From the IMG/VR virus record IMGVR_UViG_3300014202_000564: 64,000 bases of DNA; one strand, given 5' to 3'. The DNA is from a virus. The notes beneath the pieces are model-generated. The model was not told the DNA's origin. It ran no database searches and worked only from the letters and a program-made list of their open reading frames with translations. Shown one piece after another: positions 18,642 through 28,289 of the stretch. Each line of letters starts with the position of its first letter. Position 1 is the stretch's first letter. The position numbers and the translations under genes were made by a program.

Positions 18642-20753
18642 ATGAAGCCGCTATACATTCCTAAGCATGGTCTCAATATACAACGTTCCCAACTTCCACA
18701 GATCAAGTCTACAGATGTGTCCGCTTTCATTCAGTGGCTCAAGACCAAAAAGAATATAAAAGTCACACATACCGAGTTCCCCGTTGCTTCTCTCTATCCT
18801 TCTCAGGGTGAGTTTAATGAAGTAAAAATCAGACAGTTGATGAAGGATAAGCGGGAGCACTTAAAAAAACCTATTATCATGTCTGGAGATCATTACCTCT
18901 TAGATGGGCATCATCGTTGGATTGCTCTGCTCAATATTGACAATAAAGAGACGATTCCTGCTATTGTGGTCCATGCAAAAATTCTGGATCTTCTCTCCGC
19001 TGCAAAAGAATTCCCCAAGTCGTTCACTAAAACTGTGGTTGAATCATTTACCTCTCATATTCAGGAACCACATTTAGTCATGACGTTTGGTCGTATGAAT
19101 CCTCCAACACTTGGTCATGAGAAATTGATTCAGAAGGTTCATGAGATTGCACATAAACACAATGCAGATCATAAAGTTATCCTATCCCATACCCAAGATA
19201 GAAACAAGAATCCTTTAGATCAAGAGTCTAAGATCCGGCACACCAGTGCGATGTTTCCGGGTACCAAGATAATGGGGTCAACAAAGGAACATCCATCGTT
19301 ACTTCACCATGCAACTTTAGCACATAAGTCTGGGGTTAAGCATTTACATGTTGTCATGGGGGATGACCGAGTTGATGAGTTTAATACTTTGTTAAATAAG
19401 TATAATGGTCATATTGATGATGCGGGCAATGGATTCCACTTCAAATCCATCACCGTCCATTCAGCAGGACATAGAGATGCGGATGGAGAGGGGATTGAGG
19501 GGGTTTCCTCTAGTAAAATGAGAGAGCATGCAAAGAATAATAACTTTCAGGAATTTAAGAAAGGTATTCCAAGCACCATGTCACTAGATAACGCAGAGCA
19601 ATTATTCTACGATGTTAGGAAGTCGATGGGTATGTTAGAAGAAGAGAGACAATTGCTATCCGAAGGTGTACATGATGCATCTATTTTTAAAGCTGTATTT
19701 TTAGCTGGTGGTCCTGGATCGGGAAAAGATTTTGTTCTTAAGAAAGCACTTGATGGGCATGGACTGGTAGAAATTAATTCAGATAAGGCTCTTGAGTATC
19801 TGATGGACAAACATAAGCTTGACATGAAGATGCCAGAGCATGAGACGAAGAGACGAGACGAAGTAAGAGCTAAGGCTAAGTCCGTCACTGAACTCAGACA
19901 TCGTTTCGCTCTTGAGGGTCGCAATGGGATTATTATCAACTCCACAGGTGCAGATGCAAAGAAAATAGGAAAGATTAAGAGTGTTCTTGATGAGTTGGGA
20001 TACGATTCTAAGATGTTGTTTGTTGATACAAGTGATGATGTGTCTCGTCAGAGGAATGTTGAAAGAGGACAACGCGGCGGACGTTTAGTTCCTGAAAAGC
20101 TTCGTTCCTCCAAGTGGAAGGAGGCACAGGATGCCCGCGTAGAATTCTCAAAGATCTTTGGAACTGAGCACTATCATGAGTTCAAAAATGATGAGGATTT
20201 GCGCACTAATTTAGATCCAGAGGTACATAAGGCAAAGAGTAAAGAGCTACTAGATCTATTCAAAACAGTTAAGAAGTTCAGCCAGTCGGAACCAAAACAT
20301 CCGAAAGCACAAGAATGGATTCAGAGCAATTTGGGCAAGCTTGCTAAAAAACCAATTGGCAATAAGAAGCAGCAAAGTTCGGTAACCCCACCAAATGACC
20401 AATCTGAAGCAGCAAAGCAAGCACAGCAGATGGGACTGCAGTATTATGGGTTTGGTCGCTATGGTAAGGGTGGTCGAATCACTCACTTCTCATTACATGA
20501 TAAGCTGGTTGAGAAGAAGAAGGTTATGGAGAAACCAAAAGAAGTTGCTAAGCAGCCAGTTAAAGAATCCCTTGATGATGCATTCGCTAATTTACTTACT
20601 GAGGGTGAACCTGTTCTTGATTTGGGTGGTGAGGGTGGACCCATACTTGGTATGGATAAGGGCGAAAAGGAAGTTATTTCTCCTTTAAGTGGAGGCAAAG
20701 CAACAACAGGACCCAAGAAAACATTCAGAGATTTGCGAACGGAGAAGAAGTAA
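18642..20753 (+). CDS. ParB-like nuclease domain / HIGH-motif nucleotidyltransferase / P-loop kinase fusion protein
   Basis: aa 80-100 GDHYLLDGHHRWIAL (ParB/Srx fold); aa 148-160 TFGRMNPPTLGHE plus SSSKMRE (cytidylyl/adenylyltransferase HxGH and ISSTxxR); aa 353-363 FLAGGPGSGKD (Walker A); Lys/Glu-rich tail. Confidence 0.65.
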   Translation: MKPLYIPKHGLNIQRSQLPQIKSTDVSAFIQWLKTKKNIKVTHTEFPVASLYPSQGEFNEVKIRQLMKDKREHLKKPIIMSGDHYLLDGHHRWIALLNIDNKETIPAIVVHAKILDLLSAAKEFPKSFTKTVVESFTSHIQEPHLVMTFGRMNPPTLGHEKLIQKVHEIAHKHNADHKVILSHTQDRNKNPLDQESKIRHTSAMFPGTKIMGSTKEHPSLLHHATLAHKSGVKHLHVVMGDDRVDEFNTLLNKYNGHIDDAGNGFHFKSITVHSAGHRDADGEGIEGVSSSKMREHAKNNNFQEFKKGIPSTMSLDNAEQLFYDVRKSMGMLEEERQLLSEGVHDASIFKAVFLAGGPGSGKDFVLKKALDGHGLVEINSDKALEYLMDKHKLDMKMPEHETKRRDEVRAKAKSVTELRHRFALEGRNGIIINSTGADAKKIGKIKSVLDELGYDSKMLFVDTSDDVSRQRNVERGQRGGRLVPEKLRSSKWKEAQDARVEFSKIFGTEHYHEFKNDEDLRTNLDPEVHKAKSKELLDLFKTVKKFSQSEPKHPKAQEWIQSNLGKLAKKPIGNKKQQSSVTPPNDQSEAAKQAQQMGLQYYGFGRYGKGGRITHFSLHDKLVEKKKVMEKPKEVAKQPVKESLDDAFANLLTEGEPVLDLGGEGGPILGMDKGEKEVISPLSGGKATTGPKKTFRDLRTEKK

Positions 20754-21862
20754 TGTCACATATCACCGATGCATTCAAAGGTTCACACCAGTATACTGGA
20801 AAAATTAATGGTAAAACGTTTGTTGTCCCTCATGGTAAGGTTGACATCTACGCAACAAACTACCATAAGGCTCACAGCGATGAGACCATCACATCTAGGG
20901 AGCATGTTGCTAAACACAATCCAGATTTCTCTAAGCAGGAAATTGATGCCGTTCATTCACATATAAAAAAGGTTCATGGTGGAAATATGCATGAAGAAAA
21001 CAAAAACTCTAGTTCACAAGACACCCTAGAAGAAGGTAGACCAATGGTTGGTGATGTGTTTCACCGTCACCAGACTCATGTTGCTAGACAGACTTTGCGC
21101 ATGCATGATGCTGCAGCAGCGGTTGCTGGTGGTATGAGCAAAGATGAAGCGAGAGCACACCTTGCAAAAATGGGGTGGACGAAAAAGCAGATACATGATC
21201 ATGAACACTCCTTAAATGAACATGGTTTTGTTGGGTTTGATCATAAGGGAACTCGGCATGAGGTTGAAGCCGATTCTCTTTATTCTGCAGTCACACAAAT
21301 TCGTAAAAAGGCAAACACACCAAAAAGCAAACATCATTTGGTTCATGCAAAAATAGCAGAGAAGGATACCCCAGATGGTAGAAAGCAGGTCACCCATACT
21401 GCAGTTGATGAGAGTGTGCAGATTGACGAGCTGAACAAGTCCACACTTCGCTCATACGTGGCAAAAGCTGGGGATGCTGCAGCAAAGCATGCAAAAACCT
21501 CACATGATTTGTCCATGACGGCATCGAAATCGTCAGATAGTGGTGTCCGTTTGGGGTCAAGTCTTTTAGCAAAATCACAAATGAAAAAGTCATTAAAGAG
21601 GGCAAAGGGGGTTAATATGGCAACAAAGAAACTAACAAATGAAGAGGGGTCAACTCTCTCAATTGTAAAAGAGCTAATTAAGGAAGCTGCATTCACTCGT
21701 CGCCATTTCAGACAGGTTGCAGATATCATTAAGTCACACCCAGATCCAAAGAAACGACATGAGTTAGCATCACATCACTCCGAGATTTTCACTAAAGCTA
21801 ACCCACGTTTCGATAAGAAGCGTTTCTTTGATGCTGCAGGAGTAAAAGAAGAGAAGTCATAA
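20753..21862 (+). CDS. hypothetical protein (His/Lys-rich)
   Basis: 369-aa track ORF; start overlaps the upstream stop. Confidence 0.65.
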   Translation: MSHITDAFKGSHQYTGKINGKTFVVPHGKVDIYATNYHKAHSDETITSREHVAKHNPDFSKQEIDAVHSHIKKVHGGNMHEENKNSSSQDTLEEGRPMVGDVFHRHQTHVARQTLRMHDAAAAVAGGMSKDEARAHLAKMGWTKKQIHDHEHSLNEHGFVGFDHKGTRHEVEADSLYSAVTQIRKKANTPKSKHHLVHAKIAEKDTPDGRKQVTHTAVDESVQIDELNKSTLRSYVAKAGDAAAKHAKTSHDLSMTASKSSDSGVRLGSSLLAKSQMKKSLKRAKGVNMATKKLTNEEGSTLSIVKELIKEAAFTRRHFRQVADIIKSHPDPKKRHELASHHSEIFTKANPRFDKKRFFDAAGVKEEKS

Positions 21863-21871
21863 GGGGACCAC

Positions 21872-22540
21872 ATGAAAAAGTATAAACAGATTAAGGAAGC
21901 TAGGTTGCACACTCCTCTAAAGGGACATGATTATCACTATAAGAGTGATGCGGAGTTGCATTACATCGCAAAGGATGCTCATGAGGCGATGACTGCTATT
22001 GGTACCCATGACCAGAAAGCTGCAGGTAAGTATGCGGATCAGGTCAATGATGCTGCGTCCATTATTGCGTTTCGAAAGAAAGGTGGAAAGCAGCTCATAA
22101 AAGCGTCCAATAAGAAGATTCAAGAAGCGTTTAATGTGGCATTCAATGAGGATGGTGGGTTCAAGGTGGGTGATGTGGTTGTCCCGGATAAGGGGCCCCA
22201 TGTTGGCGTACCACATGAGGTTGTCCACCTACATGGAAACGGTCAGATAAATATCCGTCCAAAGGGAATACCGACAACAGCAGTCAAGTATCGTTTGGGG
22301 TCTGCAGTTGTACATCCGAACGAGATACAACCCCACCTCCCACTATCGGAACGTAAGCATACTGGCATTAATAGAGAGGTAGTGCAGGAAGCGTTCAAGG
22401 AAGCAAAGAAGAAGAAAAGTCCTTCAAAGGATCAAAAGGGTAACGGTGAGAAAATTGAAGTTAAGGGTCCTGGACCAGAGGATAGGTTTCAGAAAGATCC
22501 TGTTGTGACACCACTTACTACAGCTTACACGAAAGGTTAA
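21872..22540 (+). CDS. hypothetical protein
   Basis: 222-aa track ORF. Confidence 0.65.
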   Translation: MKKYKQIKEARLHTPLKGHDYHYKSDAELHYIAKDAHEAMTAIGTHDQKAAGKYADQVNDAASIIAFRKKGGKQLIKASNKKIQEAFNVAFNEDGGFKVGDVVVPDKGPHVGVPHEVVHLHGNGQINIRPKGIPTTAVKYRLGSAVVHPNEIQPHLPLSERKHTGINREVVQEAFKEAKKKKSPSKDQKGNGEKIEVKGPGPEDRFQKDPVVTPLTTAYTKG

Positions 22541-22551
22541 AAACCATAAAT

Positions 22552-23055
22552 ATGCTAAGGGACCCTAAAGCTATAATTTATAGTGATTCTGATGGTGTTA
22601 TCTGTGATTTTTATGCTCAAGCAGAAAAGGTCCTAGGTAGGAAGTGGAGCCATGAGCTGAGTGAGCATGAGCAGGGGTTAATCCTCAATAGACATGAGGA
22701 ATTTTGGGAAACCATACCCCCTATGAGAGATTGGAAACTGTATTGGGGGCACATTGAGAAGTATTCCCCCCATATCTTGACAGCCGTTCCTGGATGGGAT
22801 CATAACTTTTCCGAAGTAGAACGGGGGAAACAAGAATGGTATCGAAGGCATATTCCTTCACTTCCAAAATCACGTATCCATGTCGTTCACAGAAGAGACA
22901 AACAGTTATTCGCAGTCAATGGAAATATAAGAAATATACTCATAGACGATCATCCACACAATATAGAAGAGTTTGAGTCAGCAGGCGGAATTGGTATTCA
23001 CCATGTAAGCGCCAAAGTGACTATTTTGAGATTGAAAGAATTAGGATACTATTAA
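22552..23055 (+). CDS. HAD-family 5'(3')-deoxyribonucleotidase-like protein
   Basis: IYSDSDGVICDF (DxDxV motif I), LIDDHPHN (motif IV-like); size fits the NT5C family. Confidence 0.5.
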   Translation: MLRDPKAIIYSDSDGVICDFYAQAEKVLGRKWSHELSEHEQGLILNRHEEFWETIPPMRDWKLYWGHIEKYSPHILTAVPGWDHNFSEVERGKQEWYRRHIPSLPKSRIHVVHRRDKQLFAVNGNIRNILIDDHPHNIEEFESAGGIGIHHVSAKVTILRLKELGYY

Positions 23056-23076
23056 CATCTAAAAGGAGAGACTGAA

Positions 23077-23646
23077 ATGTCATTGTGGAATACTACAGAC
23101 GCAAACACGAGTGCACCAAAGTACGCTGTGGCTGGTGGATTGGGAGTGTCGGCTAACGGCAGAGTTCTTTATAACAACACACAGGTTCATGCCTTCAAGA
23201 CTGGTGTTGCACTAGGAGTTTTCGGTATCTCTTCTGGTGAAGCACAGAATACAACAAGAGAAGGAGCGAACACAACACATGCAGGTTGGGTCTTGCGCAC
23301 ACAACACACCGGAGGCGTGCAGCGTATCGATGTTGTTAGTGGTGGTGCTGGGTATACCCCCTCAGAAGTTGGGTTCATTGAGTTTGGTAGTGTTGGCAGT
23401 GGAGTCGGCGCAAATGCAACATACTATGTGAACGACACAGGGAACGTTGCTAACGTTGTGCTCAATAACTCTGGTAACAGTTTCAACACAAGAGCAGTTA
23501 CGGCAAATGCGAATACCACATACGACGAAGCAGCAGTGTTTAGTGTTGTCATGGGTGGTCGCGCAGGTCGTATCACTTATGAAACCATTCTCGCAAGCGG
23601 AAACATTGCAGCCGATTCAGATGATGACTCAGTATTCGGTGCATAA
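23077..23646 (+). CDS. hypothetical protein (Gly/Asn/Thr-rich, possibly structural)
   Basis: 189-aa track ORF behind AAGGAGAG RBS. Confidence 0.6.
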   Translation: MSLWNTTDANTSAPKYAVAGGLGVSANGRVLYNNTQVHAFKTGVALGVFGISSGEAQNTTREGANTTHAGWVLRTQHTGGVQRIDVVSGGAGYTPSEVGFIEFGSVGSGVGANATYYVNDTGNVANVVLNNSGNSFNTRAVTANANTTYDEAAVFSVVMGGRAGRITYETILASGNIAADSDDDSVFGA

Positions 23647-24041
23647 TGGATAGCACATCACATGATATGAATGACGGGGAGGTTGTCGCCAATCTCCTCG
23701 TTGTTGGTTCATCACATGCGGTGAACTTCCATGATGCAGACGCCCGCGATGATTTTAATTCTCTACTCGATGATGTCACCATTGATGCTAACCATCCTGG
23801 TATGGCATACGCTGAGATACGCGGTCTCTTCTCTGAAGCTGGATACACACTACCTCACTTTGATGAATTGGGTATGATGTACCCTTCCGATGAACGTATC
23901 ATTTCTATTCTACTTCATGAGGGTGATGAGGGGGTCTATTTTTATTTTGGTCATGGTCCAACAGATCTAAGAGGTACCGAAATTCTTTCAGAGGTAATGA
24001 CAGAAGAGGAATTAGAAGAACTTTTTAATGAAGATGAATAA
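23646..24041 (+). CDS. hypothetical acidic protein
   Basis: 131-aa track ORF; TAATG overlap with the upstream gene. Confidence 0.6.
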   Translation: MDSTSHDMNDGEVVANLLVVGSSHAVNFHDADARDDFNSLLDDVTIDANHPGMAYAEIRGLFSEAGYTLPHFDELGMMYPSDERIISILLHEGDEGVYFYFGHGPTDLRGTEILSEVMTEEELEELFNEDE

Positions 24042-24466
24042 TGCAAACTTTGAATTTGACGCCTGAAACGGTTATGATATATGCCGTTAAGGCATATGAT
24101 AAACCAGCATATGTACGAAGTGAACTTGCCGATGACATGAAGCATTTTAGCTATCTTCGTCGGTTGTTTCGTCGCTACACACAATATGGTGAATTGAGGG
24201 AAAGACTCATCCTCAATCATTTGATTATCGTTTACAACCTATTTGGTGTACCGGCAGCCACTCGATTGTTGTTTTACCATATACGTCCAGATGATTATAG
24301 GATACTCAAAACATTTTTGTCTTTTCTGAACTATATGCCAGTTGCGGTGCATGGGATTCAGGGAAAGACGATACTCTCTAATGATATCGAACTTGATAAC
24401 ACCATCATAGAAGCACTAAAAAAGATCAAGGTTAATGGTACGGATAATGAAACCACTTCTGATTGA
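24041..24466 (+). CDS. hypothetical protein
   Basis: 141-aa track ORF; TAATG overlap. Confidence 0.6.
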   Translation: MQTLNLTPETVMIYAVKAYDKPAYVRSELADDMKHFSYLRRLFRRYTQYGELRERLILNHLIIVYNLFGVPAATRLLFYHIRPDDYRILKTFLSFLNYMPVAVHGIQGKTILSNDIELDNTIIEALKKIKVNGTDNETTSD

Positions 24467-25304
24467 ATCTAATGGACACATTCTTCAAGACTACATACAA
24501 CACTTCTCATACTTTGCCTGCCAAAAACTAGGAATCAACGATTGTCCACCAATTAAATTGGTGTCGAAGACTGGTAGCTCCTCATTCGGTAACTATCACA
24601 TCAGTACAAAAGTTATCACCATTGCAACAGATGGTAGACATATTGCGGATATTCTTAGGACTCTTGCTCATGAACTAGTCCATGAATCACAGCATCTTCA
24701 TGGTCAACCGGAGTGTTCATTGGAAGAGTTGGAGTATGAGGCGAATGCGATAGCTGGAATGATCATGAGGGAGTATAATAAATTACATCCAGAATTGTAT
24801 GATGCAACAGACATTGAATCTGATGACACCTTAGAAGATATGGGCAATCCTGGTGCGGCACAGGGATCATTAGAGAACTCTGGTGTCACTGTGGACAGAT
24901 TTCAAGCGCCCTCATATCAAGAGGGTGGATTGAGTAGCGATCCAATGAGACCCACTTCTCATGTTGAACTTGCTGAAGAGGGGGTAAAGAGTACCGATTC
25001 TGATTCTCTCAAGCTACTTAAATTGCAGAATATGGCACTGAGAGCATTCCCTTCATCACCCAAGCAAAAAGAAATTCAGCAACAGATTAATGTTTTACGG
25101 GAAAAGATGAAAAAGGAAAACACACCAGAATATCATCAAACCCTCAAAAATGAGGAAGCTCCAGTGAATTCTGTTGGGTCTGGTGCAGTCGAAGGAATGG
25201 GGTTTGGACCAAAGGGTGAACCTGGTATACATCCTAGTAAGAAGAATAAGCCACAGGTGTTAAAGAGAAAGACATTAGAACAATTAAGACAAGGGTTAAA
25301 GTAG
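24435..25304 (+). CDS. putative zinc metallopeptidase-like protein
   Basis: HExxH motif in LAHELVHESQH; alternative start ATG 24447. Confidence 0.4.
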   Translation: MVRIMKPLLIESNGHILQDYIQHFSYFACQKLGINDCPPIKLVSKTGSSSFGNYHISTKVITIATDGRHIADILRTLAHELVHESQHLHGQPECSLEELEYEANAIAGMIMREYNKLHPELYDATDIESDDTLEDMGNPGAAQGSLENSGVTVDRFQAPSYQEGGLSSDPMRPTSHVELAEEGVKSTDSDSLKLLKLQNMALRAFPSSPKQKEIQQQINVLREKMKKENTPEYHQTLKNEEAPVNSVGSGAVEGMGFGPKGEPGIHPSKKNKPQVLKRKTLEQLRQGLK

Positions 25305-25313
25305 GAGGCAGTC

Positions 25314-25853
25314 ATGGGCATGGGAGATTTTTTCAAAGAAGCAGGTGGGTTGCTCGCAACAGTTGCCCCAACAGTTGCATCCGCGTTTGGTGGTCCATTG
25401 GCAGGTCTTGCAACACAGAAACTTATTGGTGCGCTTGGTATGTCACCAGATGCATCAAAAGAGGAGTTGGAGCAGGCAATACTTGGTGCAACACCAGAAC
25501 AGCTATTAGCAATTAAGAAAGCAGAGCAAGAGTTTAAAGTTGAAATGAAGAAACTTGACATAGATATTGAGAAAATCTATGCCCAGGACCGGGATTCTGC
25601 TCGTCAACGAGAGATCCAAGTAAAAGACCACACTCCAAAGGTTCTAGCTGCATGTGTGGTTGGGTTGTATATCTTTGTTCAAGTCGATCTGCTCACTAGT
25701 ACCATTGATCCTACAATGAAAGACTTTGTGCTCCGTTCACTTGGTATGTTAGATGCCGCTTTGGGTCTTGTGCTTGGTTATTACTTTGGTTCTTCTGCAG
25801 GGTCCAGGGCGAAAGACGAGGTTAGGTATCCCCGCGATAAGGATAGGGGATAA
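25314..25853 (+). CDS. membrane protein, possibly 3-TM holin-like
   Basis: Gly-rich N-terminus, coiled segment, then hydrophobic spans VLAACVVGLYIFVQV and LGMLDAALGLVLGYYFG; resembles the DUF3154/3TM-holin layout (from memory). Confidence 0.35.
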   Translation: MGMGDFFKEAGGLLATVAPTVASAFGGPLAGLATQKLIGALGMSPDASKEELEQAILGATPEQLLAIKKAEQEFKVEMKKLDIDIEKIYAQDRDSARQREIQVKDHTPKVLAACVVGLYIFVQVDLLTSTIDPTMKDFVLRSLGMLDAALGLVLGYYFGSSAGSRAKDEVRYPRDKDRG

Positions 25854-25855
25854 TC

Positions 25856-26368
25856 ATGAGTGGCGAGGTTCTACCGGATTGCAAAGAAGGATTTCATGAT
25901 CTTAAGCTAGAGGTCCAAGTTGTCAAAACTGAGGTAAAGACTCAGGAGAAAGTTATTGACAAATTGACCGAAGGTATTGAAAAGATTCAGGAAGTTAATA
26001 CTAATCTCTTGAGAATGCTTGCGATTCATGAGGAAAAGCATGAGACGCATGACAAGATCGAAGAGGATATGGATGATGATATCAAGGATTTGCATTCTAG
26101 GATAACAACAGAAAGCAGAGCGACACAAGACAAACTTGATGGACTGAAGACTGAGTTGTATGGTAAAATGGAAACCCTCAGAAGGGATGCGTTCGGTACA
26201 TATTCCCATAAGATTGATGGGGAGTCAGTCAGGTCTAGGAAAGTTACAGATATACTGAAAGATTTGGATAGGTGGAAGTATTTTCTTATTACCCTTGCCG
26301 TTATCCTATCATGGATCATTGAACATATAAACGTAAAGGTTCTGTTGCAGTTGTTCAGTGCAAATTAA
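25856..26368 (+). CDS. coiled-coil protein with C-terminal membrane anchor
   Basis: 170 aa; heptad-rich; C-terminal YFLITLAVILSWIIEHI. Confidence 0.55.
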   Translation: MSGEVLPDCKEGFHDLKLEVQVVKTEVKTQEKVIDKLTEGIEKIQEVNTNLLRMLAIHEEKHETHDKIEEDMDDDIKDLHSRITTESRATQDKLDGLKTELYGKMETLRRDAFGTYSHKIDGESVRSRKVTDILKDLDRWKYFLITLAVILSWIIEHINVKVLLQLFSAN

Positions 26369-26371
26369 GTA

Positions 26372-26400
26372 TTGAGTTTTTGTTATGTCCTGTGTATAAT
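26372..26400 (+). promoter_or_regulatory. sigma70-type promoter (extended -10)
   Basis: TTGAGT 26372-26377, N17, TGtgTATAAT with -10 at 26395-26400; 8 nt before ATG 26409. Confidence 0.45.
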
Positions 26401-26408
26401 ATTCGTCT

Positions 26409-27449
26409 ATGCTATACCTAGATTTAAAATATGTAAACTTGTTATCGAATCATTTTGAAAGATTCGTTAGGAAATCTGATTACCTCTTCAATGTGAGATG
26501 CCCAATATGTGGTGACTCGCAGACGAAGAAAACCAGAATGAGAGGATACATTTATCGAGTTCAGGATAGCTTGGCATACAAATGTCATAACTGCAATTGT
26601 AGTATGGGGTTTGGTAATCTTCTCAAACAGATGAACACAGAACTCCACAGAGAATGGACACTTGAGCTGTTAAAGGAGAAGCGACCAGGATTATTTAAGG
26701 TAGCAGTCGGAAAACATGGGCAGTTTAACCAGACACCAGTTAGATTTGGAAAGGTTGATCAGGTTATCTATGAACATGCTGAAAAGATTATTGATCTACC
26801 AGAGCTTCATTTTTGCCGGTCGTATGTCAGAGAGAGGAAAATCCCACAGAAATACTGGAATAGGTTATACTTTGCGCCTTCGTTTAAGGATTTTGCTGAT
26901 GAGGTTGCTCCTCTTCATGGCAAGGAAGTAACCAAAGATCCGCGTTTAGTTATTCCTTATTATGACGCATATGGAGCAGTTGTTGCGATTAGTGGTCGAG
27001 ACCTTCAAGGTAAACAGAATGCTCTTAGATATATAACGATAAGGGTTGAGGTAAGTGAGAGAAAACTCATCTATGGATTAGATAGAGTTAACCAGGATGA
27101 GCCGGTTCTGGTTGTTGAGGGTCCTCTTGATTCCCTGTTTCTAGATAATGCGGTTGCATCGGGAGACTCCAATCTCATTCTTGTTGCCAAACAATTGTCG
27201 GCAAAAAATATCACACTGGTGTTTGATAATGAACCTCGAAACAAAGAAAATATAGATCAAATCACTAAAGCAATCCGTGAGGGTCACAAGGTTTGCATAT
27301 GGCCCGAGTGGATTGAACATAAAGATGTCAATAAGATGGTGACACATGGGTGTCATACCCCAGAGCAATTGCAAACTATTATTAGAGAGAATACTTATAG
27401 TGGGTTAGCTGCACTAACACATTTAACATTCTGGAAAAAAACAAAATAG
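26409..27449 (+). CDS. gp61: DNA primase (T4 gp61-like)
   Basis: collinear with T4 gp61: zinc ribbon RCPICGDS...CHNCNC, DPRLVIPYY, TOPRIM VVEGPLDSLF, FDNEPRN, KDVNKM. Confidence 0.9.
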   Translation: MLYLDLKYVNLLSNHFERFVRKSDYLFNVRCPICGDSQTKKTRMRGYIYRVQDSLAYKCHNCNCSMGFGNLLKQMNTELHREWTLELLKEKRPGLFKVAVGKHGQFNQTPVRFGKVDQVIYEHAEKIIDLPELHFCRSYVRERKIPQKYWNRLYFAPSFKDFADEVAPLHGKEVTKDPRLVIPYYDAYGAVVAISGRDLQGKQNALRYITIRVEVSERKLIYGLDRVNQDEPVLVVEGPLDSLFLDNAVASGDSNLILVAKQLSAKNITLVFDNEPRNKENIDQITKAIREGHKVCIWPEWIEHKDVNKMVTHGCHTPEQLQTIIRENTYSGLAALTHLTFWKKTK

Positions 27450-27459
27450 GAGGCTTGTT

Positions 27460-28149
27460 ATGAGTGATGGGATTAGGGTATTAGATTATGGGGTGGTCAG
27501 ATTGGTTGAGCATATGGGTAGCGATTTGTCTATTGTTCGGTCTGCTCGCGTCAGCTATAACGCAGAATGGAGAACTGGTGAAGACGCGGGTAAGGATGAA
27601 AAGCTCATCAATTATCTAATAAAAAACCGTCACACTTCCCCTCTCGAATGTGTTCAGTTCACATTTGAAATCAAAGCTCCCATATTTGTATTTCGGCAGT
27701 GGCATCGTCATAGAACATGGTCCTATAATGAAGTGTCTGCTCGTTATTCAGAACTCCCCGAAGAATTTTACATCCCCACCGTTGAACATGTTGGTGTCCA
27801 ATCATCCAGCAATAAACAGATGAGAGTGTTAGAAGAGAATGCAGGGTTGAATCAGAAAGATGTCGCATTCATCAATGATTTACAGATGCATTCCCAGCAA
27901 GGATTTGCTTTATATCGTAAGCATCTAGAAGCTGGCGTTCCTAGAGAACTTGCCCGCTGTCTTCTTGGTTTGAATACATACTCACATATGTTTGCATCAG
28001 TGGACTTGCATAACCTTCTTCATTTTCTTAAACTGAGGTTGCATAGTCATGCACAATATGAAATCCGCGTTTATGCTGAAGCTCTGTTGCAGCTCATTGA
28101 ACCGGTTGCCCCAGTAGCTATCAATGCATGGAAAGAACATAACAAGTAA
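27460..28149 (+). CDS. thyX: flavin-dependent thymidylate synthase
   Basis: ThyX signature RHRTWSYNEVSARY (RHRxxSxxxxSxR); 229 aa. Confidence 0.9.
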   Translation: MSDGIRVLDYGVVRLVEHMGSDLSIVRSARVSYNAEWRTGEDAGKDEKLINYLIKNRHTSPLECVQFTFEIKAPIFVFRQWHRHRTWSYNEVSARYSELPEEFYIPTVEHVGVQSSSNKQMRVLEENAGLNQKDVAFINDLQMHSQQGFALYRKHLEAGVPRELARCLLGLNTYSHMFASVDLHNLLHFLKLRLHSHAQYEIRVYAEALLQLIEPVAPVAINAWKEHNK

Positions 28150-28271
28150 TGAAAAAGAAAACAGATTCACCAATCTTCTGCAATCATGCCAATGAGAATC
28201 CGAATGTATGTCCATGCCCCAAAGGCTGTTGGTGCAACAGGAACTCGAAGCGCATTTGCGGTAAAAAATAA
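28149..28271 (+). CDS. small Cys-rich protein
   Basis: 40 aa, below the track cutoff; TAATG overlap with the thyX stop; 7 Cys (CNH..CPCPKGCWC..IC). Confidence 0.35.
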   Translation: MKKKTDSPIFCNHANENPNVCPCPKGCWCNRNSKRICGKK

Positions 28272-28289
28272 GGAAAGGGTAGCACCATC

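Noticed and set aside
23077-26368. Calling 23077-26368 a virion structural or lysis module
   Set aside because: There are only compositional hints: a Gly/Asn-rich protein, an HExxH protein, a holin-like 3-TM protein and a coiled-coil anchor. I recognised no capsid, tail or portal motifs. The ORFs are left as hypothetical, with the low-confidence notes given in features.
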